DNA from: Octopus vulgaris
Lineage: Eukaryota
Assembly: GCA_951406725.2 (NCBI GenBank)
Contig: OX597814.1
Location: forward strand, 34,410,001-34,474,000
DNA: 64,000 bases
Direction: 5' to 3'
The notes under the pieces were generated by a model. The model was given only the letters and a program-made list of their open reading frames with translations. It made no database searches and was not told the DNA's origin. A program made the translations under genes and the position numbers. Positions 40,633 through 53,534 of the stretch are shown piece by piece (the stretch's first letter is position 1; each line of letters starts with the position of its first letter).

Positions 40633-41358
40633 CATACATATGCGTGTGTGTACATGTCTGAGTGTGCGGGTATGTATATGTATATTACATACACAGATAC
40701 CCACATACCATGTTTCACATGCATCCTTATAAAAGAATAATGTTTCTATTTTCATACATTACATTTTCCTTTCGTCTGAATATAAAGCATTTAAGTAGAT
40801 TTTACATTATACAAATTGTTACCCAAAATGCCATGCTTGTAATAATAATGGGGTAAACGGTCGAGCAACGAAAGAAATTTTCGAAATAATAACATTTATA
40901 CGCAATATTCATGGTAAAAGTAGTTACAAAGTGGCTTGTGGTGGGTTGGTGGCGATAACGTAACAACTGCCATGCCTACAATAATTACCATTGCATAAAA
41001 CCGATGTTTTAAGAGAAGAGTCGCTTTCTTTATCAGTGCTATTGACATTGCACATATAGCTTCAATCTATGTTCATTGTTATTTTTTTACTTATACTTAT
41101 TTCTATGCCTTCTGAATTGTTTTGTATTATGTATTGTGATATACCAACCCCCACACAAACTCACATGTATATATTCACATGACGCACAAAGACACACACA
41201 CACACACACGCATGCATACACAAACATACACACATCTATACACCCACATAACACATGTATGTATGTGTATATATATATATATATATATATAAACATAAAA
41301 TATTATATGTATGTGTATATATATGTATATTTATATATGCGTGTGTGTATATGTATAC

Positions 41359-41409
<51 letters not shown>

Positions 41410-41618
41410 CATGCATGTATGTATGTATGCATAAATATATGTTTGAACAATAATACATGTACAGGAAAGAAGTCGATTACACATAAAATTTCAAAACTTA
41501 CTAAAAGTTTTCCATATAAAAATAAACATATATAGACTGTCTGCCTTTCTCTCTCTGTCTCCCACTCAGTCTATTTTTGTCATTCAAATATGGACTCTGT
41601 AAATAAATAAATAAATAA

Positions 41619-41683
<65 letters not shown>

Positions 41684-41715
41684 TACATTCGTTCACATGA
41701 GTATATACGTATGTT

Positions 41716-41752
<37 letters not shown>

Positions 41753-43022
41753 CACACATGCAAGTAAATATTTTGAAAAATCTTCTGAATATTGCTATTT
41801 ATATAGTTCTCCATTCTGGCGTAATCTGACCCATATGCATGAATGCATACATACATACAAACAAACACACATGTATATTTGCATATATTGATAATCACTC
41901 GGCGTGAAATGACATGTGCTCGGCGTGGGAGACTATTTATTGAATTTATGATGGATGCCAGCTTTTACATTAATGCCGCCCCCATTTGTGTTGTGAAGTA
42001 ACTGGATATTCCTTCTGATCAATTTTATGAAAGAAACCTTTTATTAAAAGTAATGGCACTCGTCTCTGAAACCTGAATTCATTTTGCAAAGAATGAGTAT
42101 GCGCAATTTGACCGGACACGACAACATCAGCGAATATGATAACATTAAAAAATGGTAAACAGAGTGTTGCCTTGGGCACTCAACTTCTGATGGAACAGTA
42201 GCTGTGTCACCGTAACCTGTAGCGTGTCTTAGGGTAGCTAAACCTGCGGGAGTACAATTCTATTTAGGTTCGGACACAGCCGATATTTCTTTAGTGATAG
42301 AAACGTAGAAAGAAAGCAGCAGCAGAGAAAAATATAGAAGAAACAACACGTGTATTGGATTGGTATTCTATTGACACTGAAAAGATGCATATCAAATTTG
42401 ACTCGCTGGGATTTGAACACAGTGAGTAGACACCTGGCACAAAAAGCTTAAGACAGTTTATTCGAACATTTCCGACTCTATTATCCCGCCACCTGAAACA
42501 AAATCTTTGTTGTTGCTTCTCAAGAAATTCAATGGGTAAAGTTAACTTTTCTTGGTGTTATGAACTCAATAATGACGTATGTAATCGCTATAAATGACAA
42601 AAGAGACACTTCTAAGATATGAATAGAACGAAAATATTCTGAAACTAACTTTACTAAGAGTTAAAATATTTCGTGTTTAAACAATTACGTCAACAGACAC
42701 ATTTGTTGAATGCAAGAGAAGAGTTGTTGATTGCAATTTTATTCATTATAGTGAGAACAATGTCCAAATAACGGTAACTAACTACTACTGTTACTATGTT
42801 ACCTCGGAGTAACTTTAGCAGCAGTCCGAATATAATTGTATTGTGTGCCGGAAAGCGAAGAGTATAAAAACAATTTAAATAGTATTCTTAATGAAATATC
42901 TGAAGAAAAGATAATTTCGATTTTAAAACTTCCGCTACGAAACAAAGTATGTTTGAGTAGTTGTGAAAAGAAACTCATTGAATTGGTGTTGACAGTGATG
43001 AACGATGTCAGTGTACAGATGA

Positions 43023-43101
<79 letters not shown>

Positions 43102-43174
43102 CACACACACACATACACACACATATACATAAAATAAGAATTTGTTGCGTAATAAGATAAAAAACCAAGATATT

Positions 43175-43343
43175 AGAGCATTTATAGATACACGGTCTTA
43201 CAGCTGTTTCTAGGATATTTTAATAAATATCCCTTCATCGGAGGGATATTTGACTTAACCGTCCTCTCACACCGTCTCCGATGAAAGGGATATTTGTTAA
43301 AATATCCTAGAAACAGGTGTAAGACCTATCTATAATTATCTCT
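43175..43343. ncRNA. Inverted pair of hammerhead ribozyme motifs forming a fold-back
   Basis: Plus copy 43274-43326: GTCT-CCGATGA-AAGGGATATTT GTTA AAATATCCTA-GAAAC-AGGT-GTA-AGAC. Minus copy 43194-43243 has palindromic stem III ACAGCTGT. (TA)n on both sides. Confidence 0.75.
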
Positions 43344-43450
<107 letters not shown>

Positions 43451-43899
43451 TATATAATTAATGTATTTTCGTGGTTGAAACCTTTTGGATTAACTGGTGC
43501 TAGAGTGATCAATATAGTGACCACTCTCTTATATTTATTTATTTTATTTATTTTATATATATATATATATATAACTGTAAGGAGCCATCAGTTTGTCAAA
43601 TATATGTATGTTTATATTCCCTTTCTACAAATGCAAAATAGCATTTCGAGAATACTAAAATATACAAAGAAAAAAATTGTGAAACGAGAGAAAAATTGTT
43701 GATCGACTCTTCTTAGGAGCAAAATGTTAGTTATCAAATAGAAAAGAACTGTTTGGAGATAGTGAAATATGAATACCTGAAAATGAGTTGCTCATTCTCA
43801 AATAGGAAATAAAACCATCAGTATGAAAGTCATCGGAAGTGTGTAACGGAAAGAGAAGTAATTATCAAGAAATTCAGTGAAGTTCAATTAGCAATTAAC

Positions 43900-44342
43900 A
43901 GGAAGATATAGAGAGTTAATAAAAATCGCAGAGGAAAGAAAATTTGTTTAGGATTCAGTGTGGCGAGAAATCTGAAAGTACTGTGAATGTATTTCATCAA
44001 AACCGTGTAATACCAATGTCAAAATCTACGATATTCTAAAAGAAAAATATTCAGGATAGACAAAAACTCCGGGAAGAAACTTGATTGTTGACAAGAGGTA
44101 CAAAAAAATGATCATCTATTGAAGGTGCTTTATCCACGCGTGTTAGCAAATTTTCCACTCGTATATAAATGTAAAAAGTTGATTGGTATTTGCCGAAACA
44201 AGTGTTTTTATTAAGATATGGCGAAAAACTTCCGGTAATTCCTTGCGAGAATTTAATGTATTCTCAGTTAGAGACGTCAGGAGCAAAATATTAAAATATT
44301 GTAAGAAGTGAAAAACCGGTGACTGTGTTATAAAAAAATCCC

Positions 44343-44345
<3 letters not shown>
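43900..44345 (+). mobile_element. Possible highly decayed Tc1-like transposase N-terminal relic
   Basis: Scattered frames give SVARNLKV, IQDRQKL, SVRDVRSK and VIKKSLI, reminiscent of the Tc1 HTH/KKP motifs; weak. Confidence 0.25.
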
Positions 44346-44400
<55 letters not shown>

Positions 44401-44420
44401 CACGATAGTCATAATCATTA

Positions 44421-44640
44421 AAGCGGCGAATGGCGGAATCGTTAACTCGTTAGACGAAATGCTTAGCGGCATTTCGTCCGCCTTTAGGTTCAGAGTTCAA
44501 ATGCCACCGATCATGACTTTGCCTTTCGTCTTTTATTGGTCGATGAAATAACTACCAGTTGAGCACTGCGGTTGATGTAATTGACTGACTAATCCCCCAT
44601 CACCCCACTCAAATTCAAGTCTTGTGCCTATAGTAGGAAA
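44421..44640 (+). mobile_element. SINE family C (Deu/Nin-domain-like core)
   Basis: TGGCGGAATCGTTA..GAGTTCAAAT..GACTTTGCCTTTC..GGTCGAT..TACCAGT; more copies at ~35000, 47965(-), 48380, 49430 and 62880. Confidence 0.8.
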
Positions 44641-44643
44641 TGA

Positions 44644-44705
<62 letters not shown>

Positions 44706-45158
44706 ATAAATTTAACCTTAAATCACTGTGAGGCTTCTTGCTTGGTCCCAGGTCAAGTCCTATTGAGAAGATATATGATCAAAAGCATCCGACAGTAAAA
44801 GAAGTGGTAGTCAATTACTTATTTCGATGTAATCGATTTTTCCTGTTCCAAAAATTGTTGGACACAGTGCCTATACTAGAAATCATTATGAGTCATTTCT
44901 TTGATTATCTGGTTGCCATTCGAGTAACCTAATCATTGATGCATAGAGTGAGCAGCGGACAGGCCACGCCAATATCACCATCACTGTTAATGGTCATAAT
45001 GATGATCTATAACCAAATAATCAAATAATATAGAAGTAATAAACACAATTAAAGTGTGCATTTGTAATAAGCAAACATGCCATCTAAAATACTGTATCAA
45101 GATATTTACGTATCTGAATTTTACTAAATTTTCTACTACTACTGCTGCTGCTGCTACA

Positions 45159-45222
<64 letters not shown>

Positions 45223-45242
45223 ATAATAATAATAATAATAAT

Positions 45243-45800
45243 AAATGCCCTGATGCAGTACCGGGCAGTGGCCCTCGTGGCTGCTGATCTTAAGTGATTG
45301 GGAGTGTTATCATGTACATTGTTTTGTCTTGGTATAAAAGATGGGCTACAGCAAATATTCTGCTCAATACCACAGATTTGCTTGTCAGTTGTTTGACCTT
45401 AACCAGTCGTCCATGTCCCTTAGTGGCTGACGGTATGTGCATCTCTGATAACAAGCAGAGATAGTGGGGGAGCATCATAGCCGTGTGTTGAGAGAGATTT
45501 TTAGAGGTTTGGATAATTCACTTTTGGAATCACGAGTGCTTCATTCAACATCCTTAAACAAACCTTATTCGGGGACCTTTTGAGAGGGATGGGCTAATCG
45601 ACCAAAGGAAAATTCTAACTGGGCCCCACCTGCAAGGTCATGCGCTGTTTATCTTGATATGAGATCACCATGTCGCACACATATTGTTGTGATGCATGTG
45701 CCTGGTGTACCCTTATCGGACGGATAGTCATGATGGGTATATTGGGGTTCGTATATTTTACCCCAGTGTCACTTTGATGACATGAACTGCTCTCTCACTC
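45243..45800 (+). mobile_element. Non-coding insert flanked by (TAA)n, probably a non-autonomous partner of the Dong-like LINEs
   Basis: Sharp boundaries with (TAA)n on both sides and no recognisable ORF. Confidence 0.5.
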
Positions 45801-45847
<47 letters not shown>

Positions 45848-45849
<2 letters not shown>

Positions 45850-46075
45850 GGACCTATATACACTGGAAACTATGCCAACATCATGGAATAACAACAGAAA
45901 AAATATGGCATAGGCACACACCAGAAAAGGTAACAGAAAACGAGAAAGCAACCATACTCTGGGATATGCCAATACACACAGATAGAGAAATTAAGGCCAA
46001 CAGACCAGATATAGTTGTCAGAGATCATGAAGAAAAAATGTTTTCTAATTGATGTATCAATACCAGCACGCTATA
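45848..46075 (+). mobile_element. R4/Dong-like LINE REL fragment
   Basis: GTYIHWKLCQHHGITTEKIWHRHTPEKVTENEKATILWDMPIHTDREIKANRPDIVVRD..IDVSIP, between (TAA)n tracts. Confidence 0.85.
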
Positions 46076-46100
46076 AAAATAAAACTACTGAATGATAATG

Positions 46101-46162
<62 letters not shown>

Positions 46163-46164
<2 letters not shown>

Positions 46165-46835
46165 ATAGGCAACATATCAGAAAGTGATAAGTGCAGAATT
46201 TGTGCACAAAATGGCGAAATGGTATGGCATATTACAGCCAACGTACGCCACTAGACCAGAAGGAATATAAGAGACGCCACGAAAATGTAGTAAGGCTTGT
46301 TCATGGGACACTTTGCAACAAGTATGGATTTGACAGAGCAAAAAATTGGTACGACCACAAACCCGAAGATATCATCGAAAATGATAATGCAAAGATCCTG
46401 TGGGATTTTATGATTTTGTGCGACCATGAGATACAGAATAGGAAACCAGACATAGTTTTGAGAAAGAAAGCAAACTATGCTGGATCATAGATATAACATG
46501 CCCAGCTGACAATGAGGCATGCGATAAGGAACACAGGAAAGTCAATAGATTTGACAGGTTAGCTTGGGAAGTTAAGCAGTTGTGGTCGATGAAAAAGGTG
46601 GTAGTAGTACTAATAATTGTCGGAGCCCTGGGAACAATGAGTAAAAATATTGAGAGGTACATGGAACAAATAGGAGCTGCAATAAAGCTGGAGCACTTGC
46701 AGAAAACAGCACTGCTTGGAACCGCTCGAATACTCCGGATGGTGCTCGAAAAATAAGAGGTGTTACCTTAGTTCACTGGTAGTGAACATCTGACACTGTA
46801 GTACATCTCCAGCGTTAGATGTGCAAAGGCAATAA
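46163..46835 (+). mobile_element. R4/Dong-like LINE 3' end (REL domain + 3' UTR)
   Basis: YKRRHENV..ILWDFMILCDHEIQNRKPDIV../..IIDITCPAD..IIVGALG..LQKTALLGTARILRMVLEK*. Confidence 0.9.
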
Positions 46836-46876
46836 TAACAATGATGACAATAGCAGCAGCAGCAACAACAACAACG

Positions 46877-46942
<66 letters not shown>

Positions 46943-46989
46943 ACAATGATAAAATGCATCCTAGTAGTTATAGGTTATAGGTGCAGAAA

Positions 46990-47340
46990 AATTATAGGTG
47001 CATTGGGTATTATCCCTAAATATTTGAACAGATGGATAGAAGAAACAGACATAAAACCCAGTTTAGTAGAACTCCAGAAAACAATTACTAGGGACAGCTA
47101 GGATATTAAGGAGGTTTCTTGGCGTATAAGATTACTTGTTGTAGCCCGATGTTAGGATTTCTTTCTTTTCCAACAGTCTAATCCGTGGAGTGTATATGAA
47201 TAATAATAGCTTCTGAAAAACAGTGCTATTACGGACAACTAGGATATTTAAGAGAGTTCTTGGCATCTAAGACTACTTGTAGCCCAATATTAGGATTCTT
47301 TTTTTCCCAACAGTCTAAGCTGTTGAGTGTATATGAAATA
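46990..47340 (+). mobile_element. Two tandem short 3' ends of a related REL LINE
   Basis: IIGALGIIPKYLNRWIEE..LQKT..GTARILRRFLG* plus 3' UTR; the last ~130 bp recur at 47210-47340. Confidence 0.8.
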
Positions 47341-47404
47341 AAAACAATAATAGTAATGATGATGATGATGATAACAACAACAGCAACAGCAACAACAATA
47401 ATAA

Positions 47405-47960
47405 TGAAACCTTGCTAGTGATAATTAGGGACGGGGGAATATTGAAAGTAGAGAAAAAAGGAAAAATAAAGGAAGAAGTGCAAAAAGAATATGAAGAAGA
47501 ATTATGCAAGAAGGGATTACACAATCAATTCCATGGGATTTCCAAATCCAAACAGATTAGGTGCCAGAGTATAACAGACCAGACCTAGATGTGATGGATA
47601 AGATGCACCACATATGCTATATAGTTGATGTTGCATGCCACTTTGATCCACGAAAGAAAGAAGGCGAAAAGATATAGATAAATACAACCATCTTAAGTAC
47701 GAAATAGCCCGATTATGGAAAATGATGAAGGTGAATATAGACACAGTTATTGTTGGGTCTTTGGAAACAGTATCAGAAGGCATCGAGGGGAATATAAAGG
47801 AAATCGGAATAGAGTGCCTAGTAGAACTGTTACAAAAGGTTTGCCTCCTTAGTGCGGCCAGAATAATCAGGAAGTATTTGATAGCTGAACAAATTGGATA
47901 TCATGGTACCGTAGCCTGCAGGTAGCAAGCCTGCTACGCATGTAAGATCCCAGGAGCTCC
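47405..47960 (+). mobile_element. REL LINE 3' fragment, further subfamily
   Basis: WDFQIQTD..NRPDL..IVDVACHFD..KIDKYNHLKYEIARLW..IVGSLE..LQKVCLLSAARIIRK. Confidence 0.8.
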
Positions 47961-47964
47961 CACA

Positions 47965-48152
47965 AGGCCTCAAATTTGTGGGGTGAGAATTAGTCGATTA
48001 TATCGACTCAAGTGTTTCACTGGTACTTAATTTACCGACCCCGAAAGGATGAAAGACAAAGTCGACATCGGCGGAATTTGAACTCAGAATGCTAAGGCCT
48101 GAAGAAATGCCGCTTAGCATTTTCCTAGACGTGCTAACGATTCGGCCAACTC
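47965..48152 (-). mobile_element. SINE family C
   Basis: Reverse complement of the 44421 family. Confidence 0.8.
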
Positions 48153-48163
48153 ACTACATTATA

Positions 48164-48202
<39 letters not shown>

Positions 48203-48209
48203 GCTACTG

Positions 48210-48260
<51 letters not shown>

Positions 48261-49162
48261 ATCCTAGTCAGTGCTTGTGTTCATCCTTGGGTAAAGACGA
48301 CTCTATCAAACCACACCACCCTGTTTCATTACGTGCGTTGCATGAAAGAAGTAAAAAAATGATTTTGATGAGCCGAAAGAATCGAGAGACTTAGGAGAAA
48401 ATTTCGTTGCAGTATTTAGTTTGGATGCTTAACTCTCTGAGTTCGAATCCTGGTTAGATTTTTGTTCTCCATAATTATAGGATCAATTAAAATAAGCATG
48501 ATCCCAGAACTGTTATCAATGTGATCGATTTTTCTATTGTCTAAAGTGTGTAGCCTTGTATCTATAGTAGAAATCGATTTTCTTACCGAACGTCAGCCAC
48601 AAATTGAAAGACAAATATTTATTTTCGTAGTGTATACTTAAAGTGTCCCCTGTAATTATACACTCATTATTCTTTCCCGCCTCTTCAGTTATTTTACCAT
48701 ATCATTATTTCTCCTACTTCCCTTATATTCATTTTTCGAGCTTTTCTTTCCTATTCCTTCTTTTCTTTCTTTCTTTTTTTTCTTCCTTATTCCTTTCTCT
48801 CTTTTTAACTAGTCTTACGTTCTACTCTCTCCTTGAATACAGTTTTCCGTATCTCGTCACCATAATCCTCAATCAAATATGAAGTCTTAGAGATATCTCT
48901 AGCTTTTATTATGACAAACAATCTTGGTTTAATGTATCAACAGTTATTTTATATCACATTTTGTGAACACTATCGTCGTTGGTAAAATGTTTGTATCCGG
49001 CCAATCACTTGATCGTTGCATTTACGATACAGAGAATGACAAGAGAATGCCTGTGCAATGCGGACGGAACAACTACAGCACAAGGTGTTTTTATTCTAAA
49101 TCATAAGGTTACAGTTTTTTCTCCTGCCGATATACATTGCTGAAAAATCAACACACACACAT

Positions 49163-49232
<70 letters not shown>

Positions 49233-49895
49233 CAGACTTCTCTGCAAAGCTCCTGTTTGGCAGATTACATTCACCTGTCATTGCTTAACTTGATATTATG
49301 GTAAAAGACATCTGTCCAAGGTGCCACGCAATGGGAATAAACCAGGAACCACGTTGATGAGAAGCAAACTTCTTAATCAGATAGTCCTACCTACACCCGT
49401 TCAAAAACAGTATTTTTGCTTCCTTAAGGTTTGGTAATTGGCAAAAATGACAGACAGTCAGAAAATATACTTTGCAATATTCATTTACGTCAGTTTATGT
49501 TCTGAGTACCAATTTCATTGCGACCAACTTTTCATTTCACTTACTGGGGGTCAACGAAATAAAGTGTCAGTGAAGTACGAGGTACGATCGACCATATCTT
49601 GCCCTCAAATTTGCAACTTGTGCTTCTGTTATACCTCAATATCTTGTTGTTGTTCCTGTTGTTTTGAACAGCGTAAGCATTTGGTTTAGTCGAGACGGCG
49701 ATTTAATTTCATTACGTTTCTGTGTTTGTTTTGCAAGATTCTTGATGTGAAACTGTGTGTTGAAACAGGTTTTGCAAGATTCTTGATGTGAAACTGTGTT
49801 GAAACAGGTTTTATTATACTTGGGGATGTTCATCTTTTGCCAATTAAACACACGTATGTTATTATTAATAAAAAGAAATAAATTCCCCCTTTTAA

Positions 49896-50130
49896 AGCCA
49901 CATCTTAGCGATCTCAATTCTCAGGTCTCCATATTTATCAACCTTTTCTCTTTCTTTCATGATATGCTGATCTCCTGGCACTGCCACGTCAATTATTGGG
50001 CACTCTTGTTTGTCCCTCCTAAAGGTTACTATGTCCAGCCTTCGGTGCTCTCATACCTTGTCTGTCTGGAAGGCAACGCCCCAGAGGAATTTTGTCTTCC
50101 CATTTTCATCCATTACATTTTTCGGTGTAT
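49896..50130 (-). mobile_element. REL LINE fragment
   Basis: Minus strand encodes DTPKNVMDENGKTKFLWGVAFQTDKV..IIDVAVPGDQHIMKEREKVDKYGDLRIEIAKMW. Confidence 0.8.
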
Positions 50131-50443
50131 CTTCTTCTTCTTCTTCTTCTTCTTCTTGTTCTTCTTGTTCTTGTTCTTGTTCTTGTTCTTGTTCTTGTTC
50201 TTCTTCTTGTTCTTCTTGTTCTTCTTGTTCTTCTTGTTCTTGTTCTTGTTCTTGTTCTTGTTCTTGTTCTTCTTCTTGTTCTTCTTGTTCTTCTTGTTCT
50301 TGTTCTTGTTCTTGTTCTTGTTCTTGTTCTTGTTCTTCTTCTTCTTCTTCTTCTTCTTCTTCTTTTTCTTCTTCTTCTTTTTCTTCTTCTTCTTCTTCTT
50401 CTTCTTCTTTTTCTTCTTCTTCTTCTTCCTCTTCTTCTTCTTC
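50130..50443. repeat. (TTC)n/(TTCTTG)n compound microsatellite with higher-order periodicity
   Basis: Seen directly. Confidence 0.95.
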
Positions 50444-50449
50444 TATGAA

Positions 50450-50790
50450 AACATTCATTTTATTTTGCCTGGTATGATGGATGGAAAGTGTCAGCTGTCC
50501 GTAGTCAGCAGACTAAGGTGACACTTCTTTATTGGTCAAGCTTCAAGAACCCTGCGAAGAATTCTCGCAGTTCCTAAGAATGCTGCTTTTTGTAGGTGTT
50601 CTATCTTCACACTTGCACTGATACTTCCAAGTGCACCAATTACTATTCGTATCACGTTTACTCTCTTCATCGACCACAAAATTTGTATTTCCCACTTCAA
50701 ATCATCGTAGTTGTTTACTTTTTCTTCTTCTTTCACATTGATCCTGTTGTCACCAGGGCATGCTATGTTGATTATCATACAAGGTCTTTC
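50450..50790 (-). mobile_element. REL LINE 3' end running into (GAA)n
   Basis: MIINIACPGDNRINVKEEEKVNNYDDLKWEI..IVIGALG..LQKAAFLGTARILRRVLEA*. Confidence 0.88.
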
Positions 50791-50794
50791 CTTT

Positions 50795-51316
50795 ATTATG
50801 ATTGCCTTTGCACGGCCTCTAACGTTGGAGATGTACTAAAGTGTCAGCTGTTCCCTACCAGTGAACTAAGGCAACACGTCTTATTTTTCGAGTACCTTCC
50901 GGAGTATTCGAGCGGTTCCAAGGAGTGCTGGTTTCTGCAAGTGCTCCACCCTTATTGCAGCTCCTATTTGTTCCACGTACTTCTCGAGATTTTTGCTCAC
51001 TGTTCCCAGGGCTCCGACAATAATTGGTACTACTACCACCTTTTACATCGACCACAACTGCTTAACTTCCCAAGCTAACCTGTCATGTCTCAAATTTTCT
51101 TTCTTTCTTATCGCATGCCTTGTTGTCAGTTGGGCATCCTATATCTATGATCCAGCATAGTTTTTCTTTTCCTAATTTAAGACTATGTCCGACTTCCTAT
51201 TCTCTATCCATAGTCGCACTGAATCATAAAATCTCATAAGATTTTTGCATTTCTATTTTCGACGATGCCTTCAGGTTTGTGGTCGTACCAATTTTTTGCT
51301 ATGTAAAGTCCATACT

Positions 51317-51317
<1 letters not shown>
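50795..51317 (-). mobile_element. REL LINE 3' end, same subfamily as 46163-46835
   Basis: Reverse complement aligns with 46320-46830 (TTAGCTTGGGAAGTTAAGCAGTTGTGGTCGAT..CACTTGCAGAAA..GCTCGAATACTCCGGA). Confidence 0.88.
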
Positions 51318-51403
<86 letters not shown>

Positions 51404-51410
51404 TATAATG

Positions 51411-51488
<78 letters not shown>
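51318..51488. repeat. (TAA)n tract switching to (TTA)n
   Basis: Seen directly. Confidence 0.95.
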
Positions 51489-51489
<1 letters not shown>

Positions 51490-51692
51490 GATATGTTTGA
51501 CTTTTGCTTTGTATTTGTACAAGTTGACTCCAAGTCTCACCCAGAAACCTCAAGAGACAACAAGTTAGAAGTTCATTTTGGTGTTATGCCTAGGGAGTCA
51601 TATATTTAGTTCTGCACATAGTATTGTTCTAGAGAATGTTTAAGAAAATGTAAAATTACGAGTTTGCTTTAAAATTTGAGATTACATAAACT
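51490..51692 (-). mobile_element. Probable Dong-like 3' UTR fragment between (TAA)n tracts
   Basis: Minus strand ends ..GAGGTTTCTGGGTGAGACTTGGAG..CAAAAGTCAAACATATCA(TAA)n, with a TAA tract on both sides in that orientation. Confidence 0.5.
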
Positions 51693-51771
<79 letters not shown>

Positions 51772-52379
51772 GCGTCTTGACGGAATGCACGTTTTTGTTC
51801 GCTCCTAAGTTTCTTTGCTCTAAATTTTATTCCCTAAAGTTCTTAATTTTTTATTTTGTTACTAAAAGTTTATCCAAAACATCACCTTTGCATAGGTTGG
51901 TTATTATACGGCGTTAGTGTGCCTTTGGGGGCTGTAATCTCAAAAAAAATTTTTCAAAAATTATTTAAAAAAAAAGTAAAAAGTATACGTGGCAAAGCCA
52001 ACCTTGTTGAAGGACATGGAAGAGGAGGTGAGATGTTTCAGATAGAGGGGTACAAGACGCCGTAGAGCTCCCCTCCTCCCACCCACAAACAGAAGGGAAT
52101 GTGGGTACACAGCAAGTTCAAATTCTCATGCACGAAATTGCCAAGACGTCAAGCAATAGTCGCAGCAGCAAATTAAGCGACATCAGAAACTACGAAGCTG
52201 AATTCCCTGCAATCCAATGGGATATTCCAACACAAAAGACAGCTTTATAGCAGCAGTATCATGACGACAACCGATTCCACCACCACCACCACCACCACCA
52301 CCACCACCACACCACCACCACGAATAACATCGTAATAAATTACAACAATATCAACAACAATACATTCTTCACTGCAACA

Positions 52380-53485
52380 AAGGCGAAAAGCAAGGAATTG
52401 TTTTGTATGGATCTGTTTCATAAAGACATATGTCCAGCTGAAGTAGCTAAATTAATATGACTGGAAAATGCGCGGGCGGATATTGCTATCGCCATCGAAG
52501 TGTTAGCATAAACAAAGAAGAAAACTGTGTTGTACAGATGTGTGTCCGTAAACATGAAGTGGCCAGAGATGGCGAGCCAGATGGACGTGGAAAGAGCACT
52601 GAAGGAGATAATGCCCGACATTCTGCATGTATCAAGAGCAAAGAAGTTTGTGAGTGTTTCGGTGGTCTTTAAATCTGAAACCCTGATTGCCAAATACTCC
52701 GTGGTTCCCTGACTGAAAACTATGTTCTCCGTTCATCCTATTTAGGACGGAGGATGGTGCGCATAAAGATCGCTGGGATACCACCAGATGTAAACCTGCG
52801 GTGGATTCTAGTATGCATCGTTTTGGAAGGGAGTAATAGCCTCATTGAAGTGGAGGGGACACGTTAAGAAAATTGCTCTAGGACCAGCATGTACGTACTC
52901 CTCCACATTCAACCCGAAGCTATTCAAAAGATCTCAGACCTCATTCGCCTTCTAGGAGGGGAAGAACTACATGTTACAGTTGAGGGTAGAAAGCTATGGT
53001 GCCACCTGTGTGGAGATACAGGACACTTCAGAGCCTTCTGCCCAAACAGATGACAGGGAACCATGGAAGTCCCTTACTGCCAACACCAGGGTCCCAGCAA
53101 CAACAACAGCAACAACAACAACAACCAAACCAACACCATCATCAACAGCAACCCCAGTAATAACAGCAATCCCAGCAACATTAGCAGCACCATCTACAGC
53201 AAGAACGCCATCCACAGCATAACATCAGCAACTTCAGCAACACCAACAATACCAACACTCCCTTTAACAGCAGAAGAGACAATATATAAGTACACACACA
53301 GCACCCAGAGGCCACTCCAACGAAGTTCTCCCGTATCCTCCCTCTCCGTCGACTTCAAACCTCATCGACTCACACCTTGGTTCCACAGACACAGGTTCAT
53401 CGACGACACCCAGCGAAAATTACGGGGAACCCTCAAAACCGATAAAAACTGAAAAGGAATCACAAAAAACATCACGTCCCACATC

Positions 53486-53534
<49 letters not shown>

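Noticed and set aside
42836-43022. Protein-looking ORF (ESEEYKNNLNSILNEISEEKII...)
   Set aside because: No recognisable domain or clear splice context, and it runs directly into (CA)n/(TA)n.
52971-53452. Mucin-like Thr/Ala/Pro-rich ORFs
   Set aside because: Low-complexity CAA-rich tail of the LINE ORF1 region.
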